Assembly: GCF_006345805.1 (NCBI RefSeq)
Contig: NC_043010.1
Span: 66,216,001-66,280,000 of the forward strand
Direction: 5' to 3'
Origin: Octopus sinensis
Lineage: Eukaryota
DNA length: 64,000 nucleotides
Below the pieces are notes generated by a model. That model ran no database searches and was not told where the DNA came from. It saw only the letters and a program-made list of their open reading frames with translations. Shown one piece after another: positions 39,373-52,150 of the stretch (positions are counted from its first letter, which is position 1; each line of letters opens with the position of its first letter). A program made the translations under genes and the position numbers.

Positions 39373-39960
39373 ATACATATATATATAATGTATTTCTTTT
39401 CTCTTTTTTTGGCTGATTTTGTAGTCTTTCGTTCGTTCTTTTATTTTCTTCATCTCTAATTCATTCACTTTTTATATCTATGTCTGGTCTCGCTGGTTTC
39501 GTTTGCGTGTCAATCTCTCTCGACACTTTCTCTCTCTCTCTCTCTCTCTCTCCCTCTCTCTCTCTTTCATTTTATATTCCTGCTATCATTCTCTCGCTTC
39601 ATCCTCTCTCTTTCCCTTTCTCTGTCTTATCTTGTCATCCTCTCCCTTTATCTCCCTCTCTCTCTCTTTCTCCTACCACCTCTTTCTTTCTCCCACCATC
39701 TCTCTCTCTTTCTCCCACCATCTCTCTCTTTCTCCCACCATCTCTCTCTTTCTCCCACCATCTCTCTCTCTTTCTCCCACCATCTCTCTCTTTCTCCCAC
39801 CATCTCTCTCTCTTTCTCTCACCGTCTCTCTCTTTTCCCCCACCATCTCTCTCTCTTTCTCCCACCATCTCTCTCTCTTTCTCCCACCGTCTCTCTCTTT
39901 CAAACTCCCTTTGTCTATCTTTTTTTCTCTCTCTTTCTCCCTCTCTATTCCTCCCCCTCT
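38520..39960. repeat. Polypyrimidine (CT/CTT/CCT) tracts, including tctcttctcc and tctcccacca units
   Basis: Direct inspection; two blocks, about 38520-39372 and 39515-39960. Confidence 0.95.
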
Positions 39961-41119
39961 TCCTAACTCTGTCTTTCTCACATTTCTTCTATCACACACA
40001 CACACTCTTAATCTATCATTTGCATTTCGAAGCAAAATTCTTTTTTTCTTTTCACCTGTCATTGGTGACCCAATTTAATTTTTGTTCTTTTTTGTTTTGT
40101 TTTGTTTTTATTATTATTAACTTCTCACAAGTTTACACTTGTGTTTTTAATTAACTTACTATTCCCTTCGAATTCTCCTTCTTTGGGATATTATGGGTGA
40201 ATGAATCTATAACGGTTTCCAAGAAAAGGTAACGAAAGCGCTTCTTTCGTTGCCTTTTCCAGAAGTCTAGGAATGATTTCTGAGCACATACAGTTATATA
40301 TATATATATATATATAACTGTGCAGGTGGCACGTAAAAAGCACCCACAACACTCGCGGAGTGGTTGGCGTTAGGAAGGGCATCCAGCTGTAGAAACTCTG
40401 CCAGATCAGACTGGAGCCTGGTGCAGCCCCTGGCTTCCCAGACCCCGGTCGAACCGTCCAACCCGTGCTAGCTTGGAAAACGGACGTTAAACGATGATGA
40501 TGATATATATATATATATATATATATTGCATTACATAATCTTGTGCATCATGGTCATCATTTTAGCGGTCTCTTTTCCATGCTTGCATCACACAGACGGA
40601 ATTCATTGAGACAGATTTTCTACGACCGGATCCCTTTCCTGTTGCCAACCCTCACCTATTTCCAGGCAAGGTAATATTTTCCCATGACCAGGTATATCTC
40701 CACAGAAGATTGGAAATGAGCAACACCTCTTGTGTGAGCATGATACTCATTGACATCTGTCACATGATGTCAAGACAAGGAGGCACAAACACACAACACA
40801 GCTCTTTTTACTCTTTTACTTGTTTCAGTCATTTGGCTTCGGCCATGCTGGAGCACCGCCTTTAGTCGACCAAATCGACCCCAGGACTTATTCTTTGTAA
40901 GCCTAGTGCTTATTCTATCGGTCTCTTTTGCCGAACCGTTAAGTTACAGGGATGTAAACACACCAGCATCGGTTGCCATGCGATGTTGGGGGGACAAACA
41001 CAGACACACAAACATATACACATACATATATATATATACGACGGGCTTCTTTCAGTTTCCGTCTACCAAATCCACTCACAAGGCTTTGGTTGGCCCAAGG
41101 CTATAGTGGGAAGACACTT

Positions 41120-41506
41120 GGAGGCGCAATGGCCCAGTGGTTAGGGCAGCGGACTCGCGGTCATAGGATCGCGGTTTCGATTCCCAGACCAGGCGTTGTG
41201 AGTGTTTATTGAGCGAAAACACCTAAAAGCTCCACGAGGCTCCAGCAGGGGATGGTGGTGATCCCTGCTGTACTCTTTCACCACAACTTTCTCTCACTCT
41301 TACTTCCTGTTTCTGTTGTACCTGTATTTCAAAGGGGGCCTTGTCACTCTCTGTGTCACGCTGAATATCTCCGAGAACTACGTTAAGGGTACACATGTCT
41401 GTGGAGTGCTCAGCCACTTACATGTTAATTTCACGAGCAGGCTGTTCCGTTGATTTGGATCAACCAGAACCCTTGTCGTCGTAACCGACGGAGTGCTTCC
41501 ACTCCA
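41120..41506 (+). mobile_element. tRNA-derived SINE family C nested inside a family A SINE
   Basis: Head ggaggcgcaatggcccagtggttag..ggtttcgattcc; 11-bp TSD ggaagacactt (41109-19 / 41507-17). Other copies at about 44360-44735(+), 28745-28922(-), 14576-14772(-). Confidence 0.88.
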
Positions 41507-41799
41507 GGAAGACACTTGCCCAAGGTGCCATGCAGTGGGACTGAACCAAGAACCATGTGGTTGGTAAGCAAGCTACTTACCACACAGCCACTCCTACGCC
41601 ATGTATACATATCTTGTATTACCTGCCCGGCCAGACAATCAGATGTTGCCACACACTATTGCTCACATAGTGCTGCCAATTCTTTCTTGATTAAACCATT
41701 CTTTTCCATCTTGGCCCAAATCATTTTATTCCACCATCTTACCATTATCAAGATGTGGATACAGAAATCTTGAGAAGAATAAGGGCAGAATTGAAGGTA

Positions 41800-43197
41800 T
41801 GAGGTGGTATCAAAAAGTTCCCAGACTAGCTATGTTTAATAATAAAAAATAATAACTTATTTACTTTAGTTTTAACCTCATCTCCTTCAAAATATTTACC
41901 TTGAGCAGCAATACACCGGTCCCAGCATTCCTGCCACTTTTGGAATCCAGCCTGGAAGTTGTTTTTTATAAGCGAGTCGAGAACCTTTTGCAATTCACTC
42001 TTAACTTTGACAAGTGTTAAAACAGCGACCTTTGAGCTGCATTTTCATCTTGGGGAAGAGATGGAAGTGTGCAGGGGCTAAATCTGGCAAAGCAATACTA
42101 TGTTGTTTTTGCTGAGAAACTCACAAGTGGGGAGAGCCCAGTAACAAGGTGCATTGTCATTGTGAAGAATCCTATTCTTCACCCTCCACAGATCCGGTTG
42201 CTTTCACCGAATGTCTTCCCTCAAATGCTTCAAAACTTTGCAGTGGAACTCTTGATTAAGGTGGCGAGCTGGCAGAAACGTTAGCATGCCGGGCAAAATT
42301 CTTAGCAGTATTTCATCTGCTATTACGTTCTGAGTTCAAATTCCGCCGAGGTCGACTTTGCCTTTCATCCTTTCGGGGTCGATAAATTAAGTACCAGTTA
42401 CACACTGGGGGTTGATGTAATTGACTTAATCTCTGTTTGTCCTCTCTGTGTTTAGCCCCTTGTGGGCAATAAAGAAATAAGTAGAACTCTTGATTGATGG
42501 TCTCGCCCAGTGGAATGAATTCTTGATGCACAATACCACAGATGTCAAAGAAAAAAGCAATGAGCATGCTCTTGGTTGAGTTGCAGTTCTGCCATGCCTT
42601 CTTTGGTCATGGAGATGAAGGGCTCTTTCATTGTAATGACTGCTGCTCCATCTCAGGTTCATACCCATAGACCTAACTCTCATCATCAGCGATGACCTTC
42701 AACTCAAAGGATGCAGATCTTGATAGACTTTGACATTACATTCTTTCTGCTCAGTTGTCAGCAGGCAGGGGACAAACTTGGCAGAGACACGCTGCATATT
42801 CAATTCAGACATTAGGATTGCCTGCGTGTACCCATACGACAGACTAATGACATCAGCAATGCCAATGATTGTCCTCCGACAATTTTCATGCACAAGCTCA
42901 TGAATTTTCTCCATTTTTCTGAGGGATGACACTCATGGCAGGCCTTTGAGTTGGCTCATCATCATCCAGGGACATTCTTCCGCTTTTCAAATGAAACATT
43001 GCATACAACCCATTGCCTCATCACTGTAAGCTTGCCAAAGCATGCTCAATGTCTCTGTAGCAGACTTCCCACATTTAACACAAATTTCACGTTGGCTCTT
43101 TGTTGGCTCTTTGTTCCAACACTGCCAGCTCTCACTGTGCATGCAGCTGTGTGTTGCCATCTGTTGGTGTGCTACAGGAACTTTTGACACCATTTCA
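41800..43197 (-). mobile_element. Older, degenerate mariner element interrupted by a SINE (about 42258-42482)
   Basis: Imperfect TIRs (tgaggtggtatcaaaaagttcc / tgaaatggtgtcaaaagttcc) with TA flanks. Fragments: CVKCGKSATETLSML, RVSAKFVPCLLT, MLIAFFDICGIVHQEF. The SINE has a gaactcttgatt TSD. Confidence 0.85.
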
Positions 43198-43821
43198 TAT
43201 TTACCTCAGCAAATGATGTGCCTGAAGCAAAGCTGAGCAGTTTCTTCAATAGCACCATCCCACAAGTACTCTTATACACATGTGAGACACAAGCTATTTT
43301 GAAGAGGCTTTCACGCCATGAGTTTTTTTTTCAAGTATTGTCTAGCAAGTTTTGGTCAGCTTGGGGCTTTAGTAGAGGACACATACCCAAGGTACCATGC
43401 AGTAGAACTGAACTCAAAACCATGTGGTTTGGAAGTAAACTTCACACAGCCCTGTCTGTGCCTATAAATGTCCTGTTTGGAAAACAATGAAACAAATACA
43501 TTGGATCAAATATTTTTTATTGAGAAATATATTATAGTTAGTCACACAAATGTTTCCATTACCTTGAAAAATAGAGACAGCAGTTGCCATCCCAAACAAA
43601 ATATGTAGGGAAATAGTTTGGTAGACCCTAAGTTACCATACATTTCTACTACTATAGATTTAATTAGAGCAAAATAGCCCAGTTATCAGAACAGCTGGTA
43701 CCTTGTCAGCTTGCAATCCTTCTGTTCCTGTAAGATGCCAATTTTACAAGATTGCTACTGGAGAAAACATCACTGCTGGTTACATTTCAGGTGAGAGACT
43801 TGCCACCTGGGAATGTGAAGC

Positions 43822-44049
43822 TTAACCCTTTTGATACCAACCTGGCTGAAACCGGTCTGGCTCTGTAGTACAAATGTCTTGTTTTCATAAGTTTTTAATA
43901 AAAATCTTCCACCAAACCTTAGTCACAATTTATGTTCCTAACACTAGCTTAAAGATAACAAAGTTATTTTACTAAATTCTTTGTTATATTTAAAGTAATT
44001 GAAAGAAACACAGAGCATCTCAAAATAAATACAGTAACATAAGGGTTAA
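43822..44049. mobile_element. piggyBac-like MITE (TTAA-CCCTT...AAGGG-TTAA); a second such family lies at about 171-270, 3490-3902 and 57975-58170
   Basis: TTAA flanks and ccctt/aaggg termini are visible. Confidence 0.55.
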
Positions 44050-47000
44050 TAGAGATTAATAAAAAAAACAAAAGCTATTAATCCTAATTCCATATTCACT
44101 CAGCCATGTTAGGTTTTTAAAATACCCAATCATGAATTCTTATATTAGCAATTGAAAACACCACATTAATAAACCTTGAAGCATCTCTGACCAACAAAGA
44201 AAGAAAGCTTCCACATAATTGTTCAGCCAGCTAAAAATAGCAACCAAATTTTCCTAACATCTTAAGAAGAACTCAATGGATAATGTTGTCTTGGGCTCCT
44301 TACATATAGGAAAAAAACCTGCATAGTTACATTTGGAATGCCTTTGATCATATGCAGTGGAGGTGCAATGGCCCAGTGGTTAGGGCAGCGGACTCGTGGT
44401 CGGAGGATCGCGGTTTCGATTCCCAGACCGGGCATTGTGAGTGTTTATTGAGCGAAAACACCTAAAGCTCCACGAGGCTCCGGCAGGGGGTGGTGGTGAA
44501 CCCTGCTGTACTCTTTCACCACAACTTTCTCTCGCTCTTTCTTCCTGTTTCTCTTGTACCTGTATTTCAAAGGGCCAGCCTTGTCACACTCTGTGTCACG
44601 CTGAATCTCCTCGAGAACTACGTTAAGGGTACACGTGTCTGTGGAGTGCTCAGCCACTTGCACGTTAATATCACGAGCAAGCTGTTCTGTTGATCGTATC
44701 AGCTGGGACCCTTATCATCACAACCGACGGAGTGCTCCTACTACTCAAATGCATTTGAGTGAGGGCAAAGCAACAACAACAACAACAACTGCGAAGTATT
44801 CAAAGTCAATGTGAAGAGCCTCTACACAGTTACTTGACCAACTAAAAATAACCTGATCTTCAGATTATGCTTAACATCTTCAATGGAAAAGATTACACTA
44901 GACAATATACTCCTAGCCACCAGCATCTTCAACATCTTCTTCAATTTCTATAAGGAGTATTACATAATACAAAAGATGATGTGCTCAACAGTCCATACTA
45001 TGTAAGTGCAGATCCCAGTGCTTTATGAGTTAACAGAATCAGAATCAAGCTCACAACTCACCAATCATGGGTACTGCTCCTTCTGCCAATCTCTGCAAGT
45101 AAAAAAGATGGGACATAATACTGACCAGTCTACTTTTTCTATTGTTGCTCACCCTTGGAAAGACTGACAACATATTAAAATCTTTTGAACTCCAAACCAT
45201 ATAACTGAGAAGTGAAATTCTTAACTATACAGACATTCCTGCACCTATCTCATAAACTCAACACCATATGTGATATACTCTTCAATAGTACCCTCTTACC
45301 TTCATTCTTATATGCAAGTAAGATGTGGACTACAACAAAAATACTAAAAATGAACCTGACTGCTCTCAAAAATTAATTAATAAAAACAGGAAAAATAATC
45401 CAGGACCCTTGACCGGTACCAGATCAATCCCAAAATCTAATCAGTTTGTGCTAGTGAGGAGGCCAAACATCCCAGAAAGTTTCATCTGAATTCATCCCGT
45501 GGTTCTTGAAATAAACAAACATGACTGAAAACAATACCTCTGCCTTCGATAAGGCAAAGGTAATAAATAAACTATAGTTTTGGTACAACAACTCTTTTTT
45601 ATTACTAAAATAACCTCGGAAATGAGGTTGGATCACACAATTTTAAGGTCATTTTCAGGCAATATTTTAATTTGCTTCTGTTTCACTTTCATCTGATGTT
45701 TCATGCATGTGTAGAACTCTACTCAGGCAAATATTTATGAAAATGTACACATAAATATTGTACTAAAGCAAGTCACTACCAAAAAAATTTCATTAAAAGG
45801 CAGCCATTTCTCTATATGGTATGATGAAATACAATCACTCAGTCTCTTCCTCACATGCACATGCACACATACATACAAAATGGATATGTGCATATTTATT
45901 TATGTACGTGCATATGAAAGACTCTGTGTGTGTGTGTGTGTGTGTGAGTGAGAGAGAGAGAGAGTGCCACTTACACAAACATGCAAAAAATACATACATG
46001 ACAACACACACCTTCACTCACTCTCTCTCTCTCTCATGCACGCACGCACACACATGTCCATTGCATATACACGTACATACATCTTTCACATTCTCCTCTC
46101 TTTCACTTTCTGGTCTCACTTCAAAGCAAATACTGCAGTTTCACTTTCTCTTCTCTTTCAATTTTTGCTCTCTTCAAAGCATAAAACAATTAAAAAATTT
46201 CTATGAAAATTAACGAACAATTATATGATCCCATCTGATTGACCATATAATCAAGTTGATAACTTTTGCACCCCCAGTTTACTTTCCTCTTAAATTTCTT
46301 CTAATTCTTATGTTTTTGATGCAGGAGATTAGGATTTTGTCCAAAAAACATGTTCTCAATATTTTTAATTTTTCCCTCCCCACCCCAATTTCTTAATTTT
46401 TTTACTTTTTTCCAAAAATTCTTGGTAATCCATGGAGAAAACAGAGTACATAAATATGCATATATGTATGTATGTACACACACAAATATATATATTTATC
46501 TATCTCTTTATCAGTCTGTCTGTCCATCTGACTGTCTATATTTTTGTCTGCCTGTATGTATGTATACTCTTTACTCTCTTTTTCTCTTTTACTTGTTTCA
46601 GTCATTTGACTGTGGCCATGCTGGAGCACCGCCTTTTAATCGACAACTTGACCCCGGGACTTATTCTTTTGTAAGCCCAGTACTTATTCTATCGGTCTCT
46701 TTTGCCGAACTGCTAAGTAACGGGGACATAAACACACCAGCATCAGTTGTCAAGCAATGCTAGAGGACAAACACAGACACACACACGCATATATATATAT
46801 ATACATATATGCGACGGGCTTCTTTCAGTTTCCATCTACCAAATCCACTCACAAGGCTTTGGTCGGCCCGAGGCTATAGTAGAAGACACTTGCCCACGGT
46901 GCCATGCAGTGGGACTGAACCCGGAACCATGTGGTTGGTAGACAAGCTACCTAACACACAGCCACTCCAATACATAAGAAGCTGATAAAAAATGGCATAT

Positions 47001-47106
47001 AATGGATATACAGTAAGTGCTAAGACTAAACCCACTACTAAAAATGCAACATCACATGAAAGGATATATATACGCATGTATGTATGTATGTATGTATGTA
47101 TGTATG

Positions 47107-47140
<34 letters not shown>

Positions 47141-48549
47141 TGTATACGTGTGCGTGTGCATGTATACATACATACATATGCATATGTGTGTTCACATGTG
47201 ATTCAATGTACTGATATGTATTCAGTTTATTTTCAAATTCAACTCCAAGATAAGAAACAGACATATCTTTGTCATCAATATTTGTGTGGTGAAATGTGTT
47301 GATGTGTGTGTGTGTGTGTGTGTGCATATACACAGAAATACACACACATATATTGATATACTCTACAAAAAGTGATGACAAAGATAGACTTGTTTCTTAT
47401 CTTGGAGTTGAATTTCAAAATAGACTCTATATGCATGTTTAAGTATGCGTGCATATCTTTCGATTTTCTTTGTTTATTTATTTATTTAAAACTTGCACTT
47501 TTCCTCACCATGAATTATCATTGAACATTTCCATTTGAAGCTACTATTGGACATTAAACTATACCTGAATTTTTATTTGATCATGGATCTACCTAACCCA
47601 TTCCTATTTTACTCTGATCCTTCCCTCATTCTCAACAAACTGGAATACAACTAATATCCTCAACTGGAGACTTTCCCTTGCTTTTACATCCCTCTGACAT
47701 TTTCCCCTCTGATGATGGAATACTCAGGCCATGAAATCCTTACTCAATATGGTGAACCGCACATTCGACTATTCCAGAAACAGCTGTAAGAAACTCTGTG
47801 TATCTACGAAAGGAAGTAAAAAGTTATCTGTAATTTTGCCACAACATATCTTTATTATTGTCACACCACCTTCTCTGCCAGCATGCTTATAGTTGGAACT
47901 ATTGTGGTCATGTGATCGAAGTTTGAGCATGAATGTGCCAATTTTCTTTCTCACTTTACAGTGTAAGCATGGCTGCTCCACTAGGTTCTCCACCATCGGT
48001 CCTCCCACGGTTACATCCTGAGAACCCAACAAAGCTTTTAACCAAAACATGCATGCAGGAATACACACACCCATATGCACCGAAACATCAAGTTAAAAGT
48101 CCGGGTACCTGCTCATTCCACCCTTCAAAAATATTCCCACTACATATATATCAGCTTTACACTCATACCAACCTCTTAAACTTCTCCATACACACATACA
48201 AACATATTTTTACCCACCAGACTCTTGCTGCTTTACAGCTAACTCAGGATTTGTTGTTCTTGGTGGTGGTGGGAGGACTAAGGGACATAACTCTTGATAA
48301 ATTCCTGAATTGTTTCCCACTTAATTTTGTCTTTTTTTCACAACACCCACAAATCTAATGTGTCACTTTCTCATCTCTATATGTATAAAATTCTTTGTCT
48401 GTCTGTCTATCAGTTCCCTATACATTTTACAAATTTTACAAGGTAACAGTATTAGACCTCACGAGTGTCAACATATAACTTTTATTTTCATTTGGATTAA
48501 AACAATATAACATTTAAATATAGAGATAATTATTTTATAGTCAACTGTA

Positions 48550-48780
48550 GTTAAGGACATTTCATACCACCATCTTGACACATTTCGTATATGATTGTGT
48601 GTGTTTGTGCGTTTGTTATGCAAGTGATAGTAAAGGACATTTTATACCACCATGACAATGATGATGACACATTCTGTTTATGAGTGTGTATGTTTGCATG
48701 TTCGTTATGTATGACATAGTAAAGGACATTTTATACCACAATGATGACGGCACATTTTGTATGTGTGTGTGTTTGCATTA
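48550..48780. repeat. Three degenerate tandem units of about 80 bp inside the Helitron remnant
   Basis: Repeated aaggacattttataccac motif at about 48552, 48633 and 48721. Confidence 0.75.
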
Positions 48781-49259
48781 CATATATGTGTGTGTGTTCA
48801 TTACATAAATGTATATCTCTGTGTGTCTGTCTTAGTATATGTATGTATGTGTGAGTGTATGTGTGTGTGAGTGTATGTGTAATTGTCAATTTCACTGATG
48901 TAAACTGGCTATGTGAAAGACCTATACTGGCTCCAACGACTGAAATGGTTGAGAAACTCAATCACGAACTTCCCCAAAAGTTAACAGATACATCAGAAAT
49001 GACTTTTCCATCACTTCACACAACAGTCGATCAAGGTCAGGCTGTTTAATTTCTAAACCCACTGAGATGCTACCACATGACTTGACACTAAAGCCGGATG
49101 CTCCCATTATGTTGCTTAGGAATCTTGATCCACCTTGCCTGTGTGATGGAACTCATTTAATTGTCACTTCCATGAAGCCCCATGTCTTACAGGCAACAAT
49201 CGTTATAGGTAGTCACAAAGAAGAAAATGTCTTTATTTCAAAATTTTCTCTCATACCTA

Positions 49260-50527
49260 CGAGGGGCGTTCAATAAGTAATGCCCCTGACCCACTTCCCA
49301 TAGCAGTAGAGCAACGACACTTGGCACAGTTATTAGTCTTTTCCTACATAGGAACTACCCAGAGTTATGCATTTCTCCCATCGTTTGATGCAGCTCTGGA
49401 GACCGTTTTTGTAGAAGACCCCATCTTGGACCTCCAACCACGACGTGACTTCAGAAATCAAGGCTGCATCATCTGGGAAATGCTTTCCTTTCAAAATCAA
49501 CTTCATGGCTGGGAAGAGGTGAAAATCAGAGGGTGCAAGGGGAGGAGTTCATAGCTGCACGCCTGTGCTTCTGATCTGGCGACACGCGAGTTGTGGACCG
49601 GAGCGTTGTCCTGCAGGAGGAGGATGCCTTTGCTGATCTTGCCCTGCCTCTTGATTTTGATAGCTTCTCTTAATTTCCTCAAAAGTGAAGCATAATAGGC
49701 TCCTGTAATTGTGGTACCCTCTGCCAGGAAATCTGTCATCACTACTCCGTCCTGGTCCCAGAAGACTGAGCATATCCTTGTCAGCGGAGGGCTGCACCCT
49801 TGCCTTCTTTGGAGGAGGGGAGTCACGGTGCTTCCACTGCATTGACTGGGCTTTGGTCTATGGATCATAGTGATGGACCCAGGTTTTATCCTGTGTGATC
49901 AGTCTTTTGAAAAATTTTGACTCATCTTCTTGGCACATCTCCAAATTCATCCTCGAGCACTCAACGCGTTCTTGCTTCTGGAAAGGTGTGAGCAACCTGG
50001 AAATCCATCTGGCAGACACCTTTTGCATATGCAAATGGTCATGAATGATAGTTTCCACAGACCCGGTACTAATCTTGACCTCATGGGCTATTTCGCGAAT
50101 AGTTATGCGTTGACCTTCCAAAATGGCAGCCTCAACTTGACGGACAGACGTCTCATCAACGGCAGAAGGGGGCGACCAGATCTGGAAGCTGTTTCCACAG
50201 AGTTCCGACTATGTTTGAATTCACAATGCCAGCGTTTTACAAGGTCATATGATGGGGCATCATCACCATAAGTTACTTTCATTTCATCAAAAGTCTCCCG
50301 TGGTGTGCATCCTTTCAAATACAAAAACCAGATCACTGCTCGATACTCAACAGGCTCCATTTCACACTTGACTCAGTTCAAACACCTGTAAATCAGAAAC
50401 CACAATTAGTTCAGAGCTGTAATCTGCCACTTAATCTGTAGAGGTATAAATAAGTGCACATGCAAAATTTCAGCTAGATCAAACAAATGCAAGTGGGTCA
50501 GGGGCATTACTTATTGAACGCCCCTCG
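49260..50527 (-). mobile_element. Full-length mariner DNA transposon (1268 bp) with a frameshifted transposase pseudogene (about 49333-50360)
   Basis: Perfect 37-bp TIRs (cgaggggcgttcaataagtaatgcccctgacccactt) and TA TSDs at 49258-59 and 50528-29. ORF pieces give the HTH, WISRLL (WVPxxL), ITQDKTWVHHYDP, LLQDNAPVH and LAPSDFHLF motifs; the HPPYSPD segment is deleted. Confidence 0.95.
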
Positions 50528-50998
50528 TACAGAAGTGTCTCAAGTTCCAGTTTCCAGTCAAACTGAGTTCTGGTACTTCAATTAATAAATCTCAGTATTA
50601 GTCCCTCAAAGTTGTTGGACTTCATCTCACTACTACATTCTTCTCCCACAGCCGACTCTATGTTGCTTCCTCACAACTTGGAAGCAGTAACAATTTATTC
50701 ATTCGGACACCAATAAAAAATTACACAATGAATATTGTTTACTCTGAGGTGCTTCAAGATTGACTTCTAAATTCTATTTACATATTTGGATATTTTCAAA
50801 TAAAATATAGATATTTTGAAATAATTATGAGAAAAATATAGATTCTTTTATTCTTTTCTTTCTTCTTTTATTTGTTTCAGTCATTTGACCGTGGCCATGC
50901 TGGAGCACCACCTTTAGTCAAACAAATCGACCCCAGAACTTCTTTGTAAGCCTAATACTTATTCTATCGGTATCTTTTGCCGAATCCCTAAGTTACGG

Positions 50999-51031
<33 letters not shown>

Positions 51032-51710
51032 CAATGGGCTTCTTTCAGTTTCCATCTACCAAATCCACTCACAAGGCTTTTGGTCACCCCGAGGCTATAG
51101 CAGAAGACACTTGCCCAAGGTGCCACGCAGTAGGACTGAACCCAGAACCATGTGGTCGGTTAACAAATTACTTACCACACAGCCACTCCTGTGCCTGTTT
51201 GTTTACAAACACCCACTACTTTGTGTCTATCTGTGTAGTGAATAGAAATAGTCACAGGAAAAATGGCAAATTTCATTTCAGTACTACAAACCAAAGTTTA
51301 TGTAGTGAAAATAATATTCAAGTTACTTGTTAACGAAGAACGTATGTGTCATTTTCAACACCCTGAATACAAACATTTTTTTCTTATGTCAGTCCTGTAT
51401 AAAAGTGTTGGAGTGTGTAAATAAAAGACGCAAAGTACTCAATGTATGTTTATCTTTTGAATTTTAATCATTTACTGGGAGTTTAAAAACAATCCTTGTC
51501 ACACACTTAATATGTATGAGTGTGTCTGTGAATTAATTAATGAATATAACAACCTGTTTTGAAGTCTCAATGTCAGATAGGCATACAAACACACACACAC
51601 ACACGTTTTATGTTTGTACTGGTATTTATAATTAGGTGGTTCACTGATATTCTCACATTTGCATATTGTTAAATGACCAAGAGAAATTTTCTTTAAAAGA
51701 AAAGTATGAG

Positions 51711-52150
51711 CAGGGCTGGCTTAAGACCCATTGAGGCCCAAAGCACTTAAAAGATTATGTAATTCAAAATATAAACAATAACAAACCATAAAATAAATTT
51801 TTATTTTTCAACACAAAACAAACCAGTAAGAGGGAAAATAATGTTTATTATTTTTTATACTTTCACTTTATTTATATTTGAAAAGTTTCCTCCTGCTTTT
51901 TTGAATTGCAAAGTCCTGGATCAGATCCTCAAAATTAATCTTAGGTAACACATCTGCATCTATACTTAGTAGAGATAAAAGCATCCTGAATATTATTTTA
52001 GCAAGTTTAAAGTGATTTCTTTTGTGCCTTAAACCATTTACCATTTCTGTGGTGCCCCCTCCTTCCCGCAATACCCTAAGCACATGCTTATTTTGCTTAA
52101 TGGCTAATCCAGTGCTGAGTATGAGGCCTGAACTGTTAATGATTACTTTT
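51711..52150 (-). mobile_element. hAT transposon 3' remnant (transposase C-terminal dimerisation-domain fragment)
   Basis: LSLLSIDADVLPKINFEDLIQDFAIQKSRRK resembles the hAT C-terminus; cagggctggc terminus at 51711. About 120 bp of it recurs at about 32650-32765. Confidence 0.6.

Larger units (their letters stand above)
48374..50763 (+). mobile_element. Decayed Helitron (PIF1-like helicase C-terminus) split by the mariner insertion
   Basis: 48890-49259 gives WLCERPILAP and LPHDLTLKPDAPIMLLRNLDPPCLCDGTHLIV. 50530-50763 gives QFPVKL..SINKSQ..SLKVVGLHL..FSHSRLYVASSQLG..NIVYSEVL. The left boundary is tentative (tctctatatgtataaaa, Helitron-like start). Confidence 0.85.

Noticed and set aside
38469-40154. 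Long Leu/Ser/Phe-rich ORFs (277, 305 and 224 aa)
   Set aside because: Translations of CT-rich simple repeats.
41120-41195. Possible tRNA genes at SINE heads (also 14700-14772, 44360-44430, 19847-19920)
   Set aside because: A/B boxes are present but there is no closed acceptor stem, and each continues into a SINE body with a TSD.
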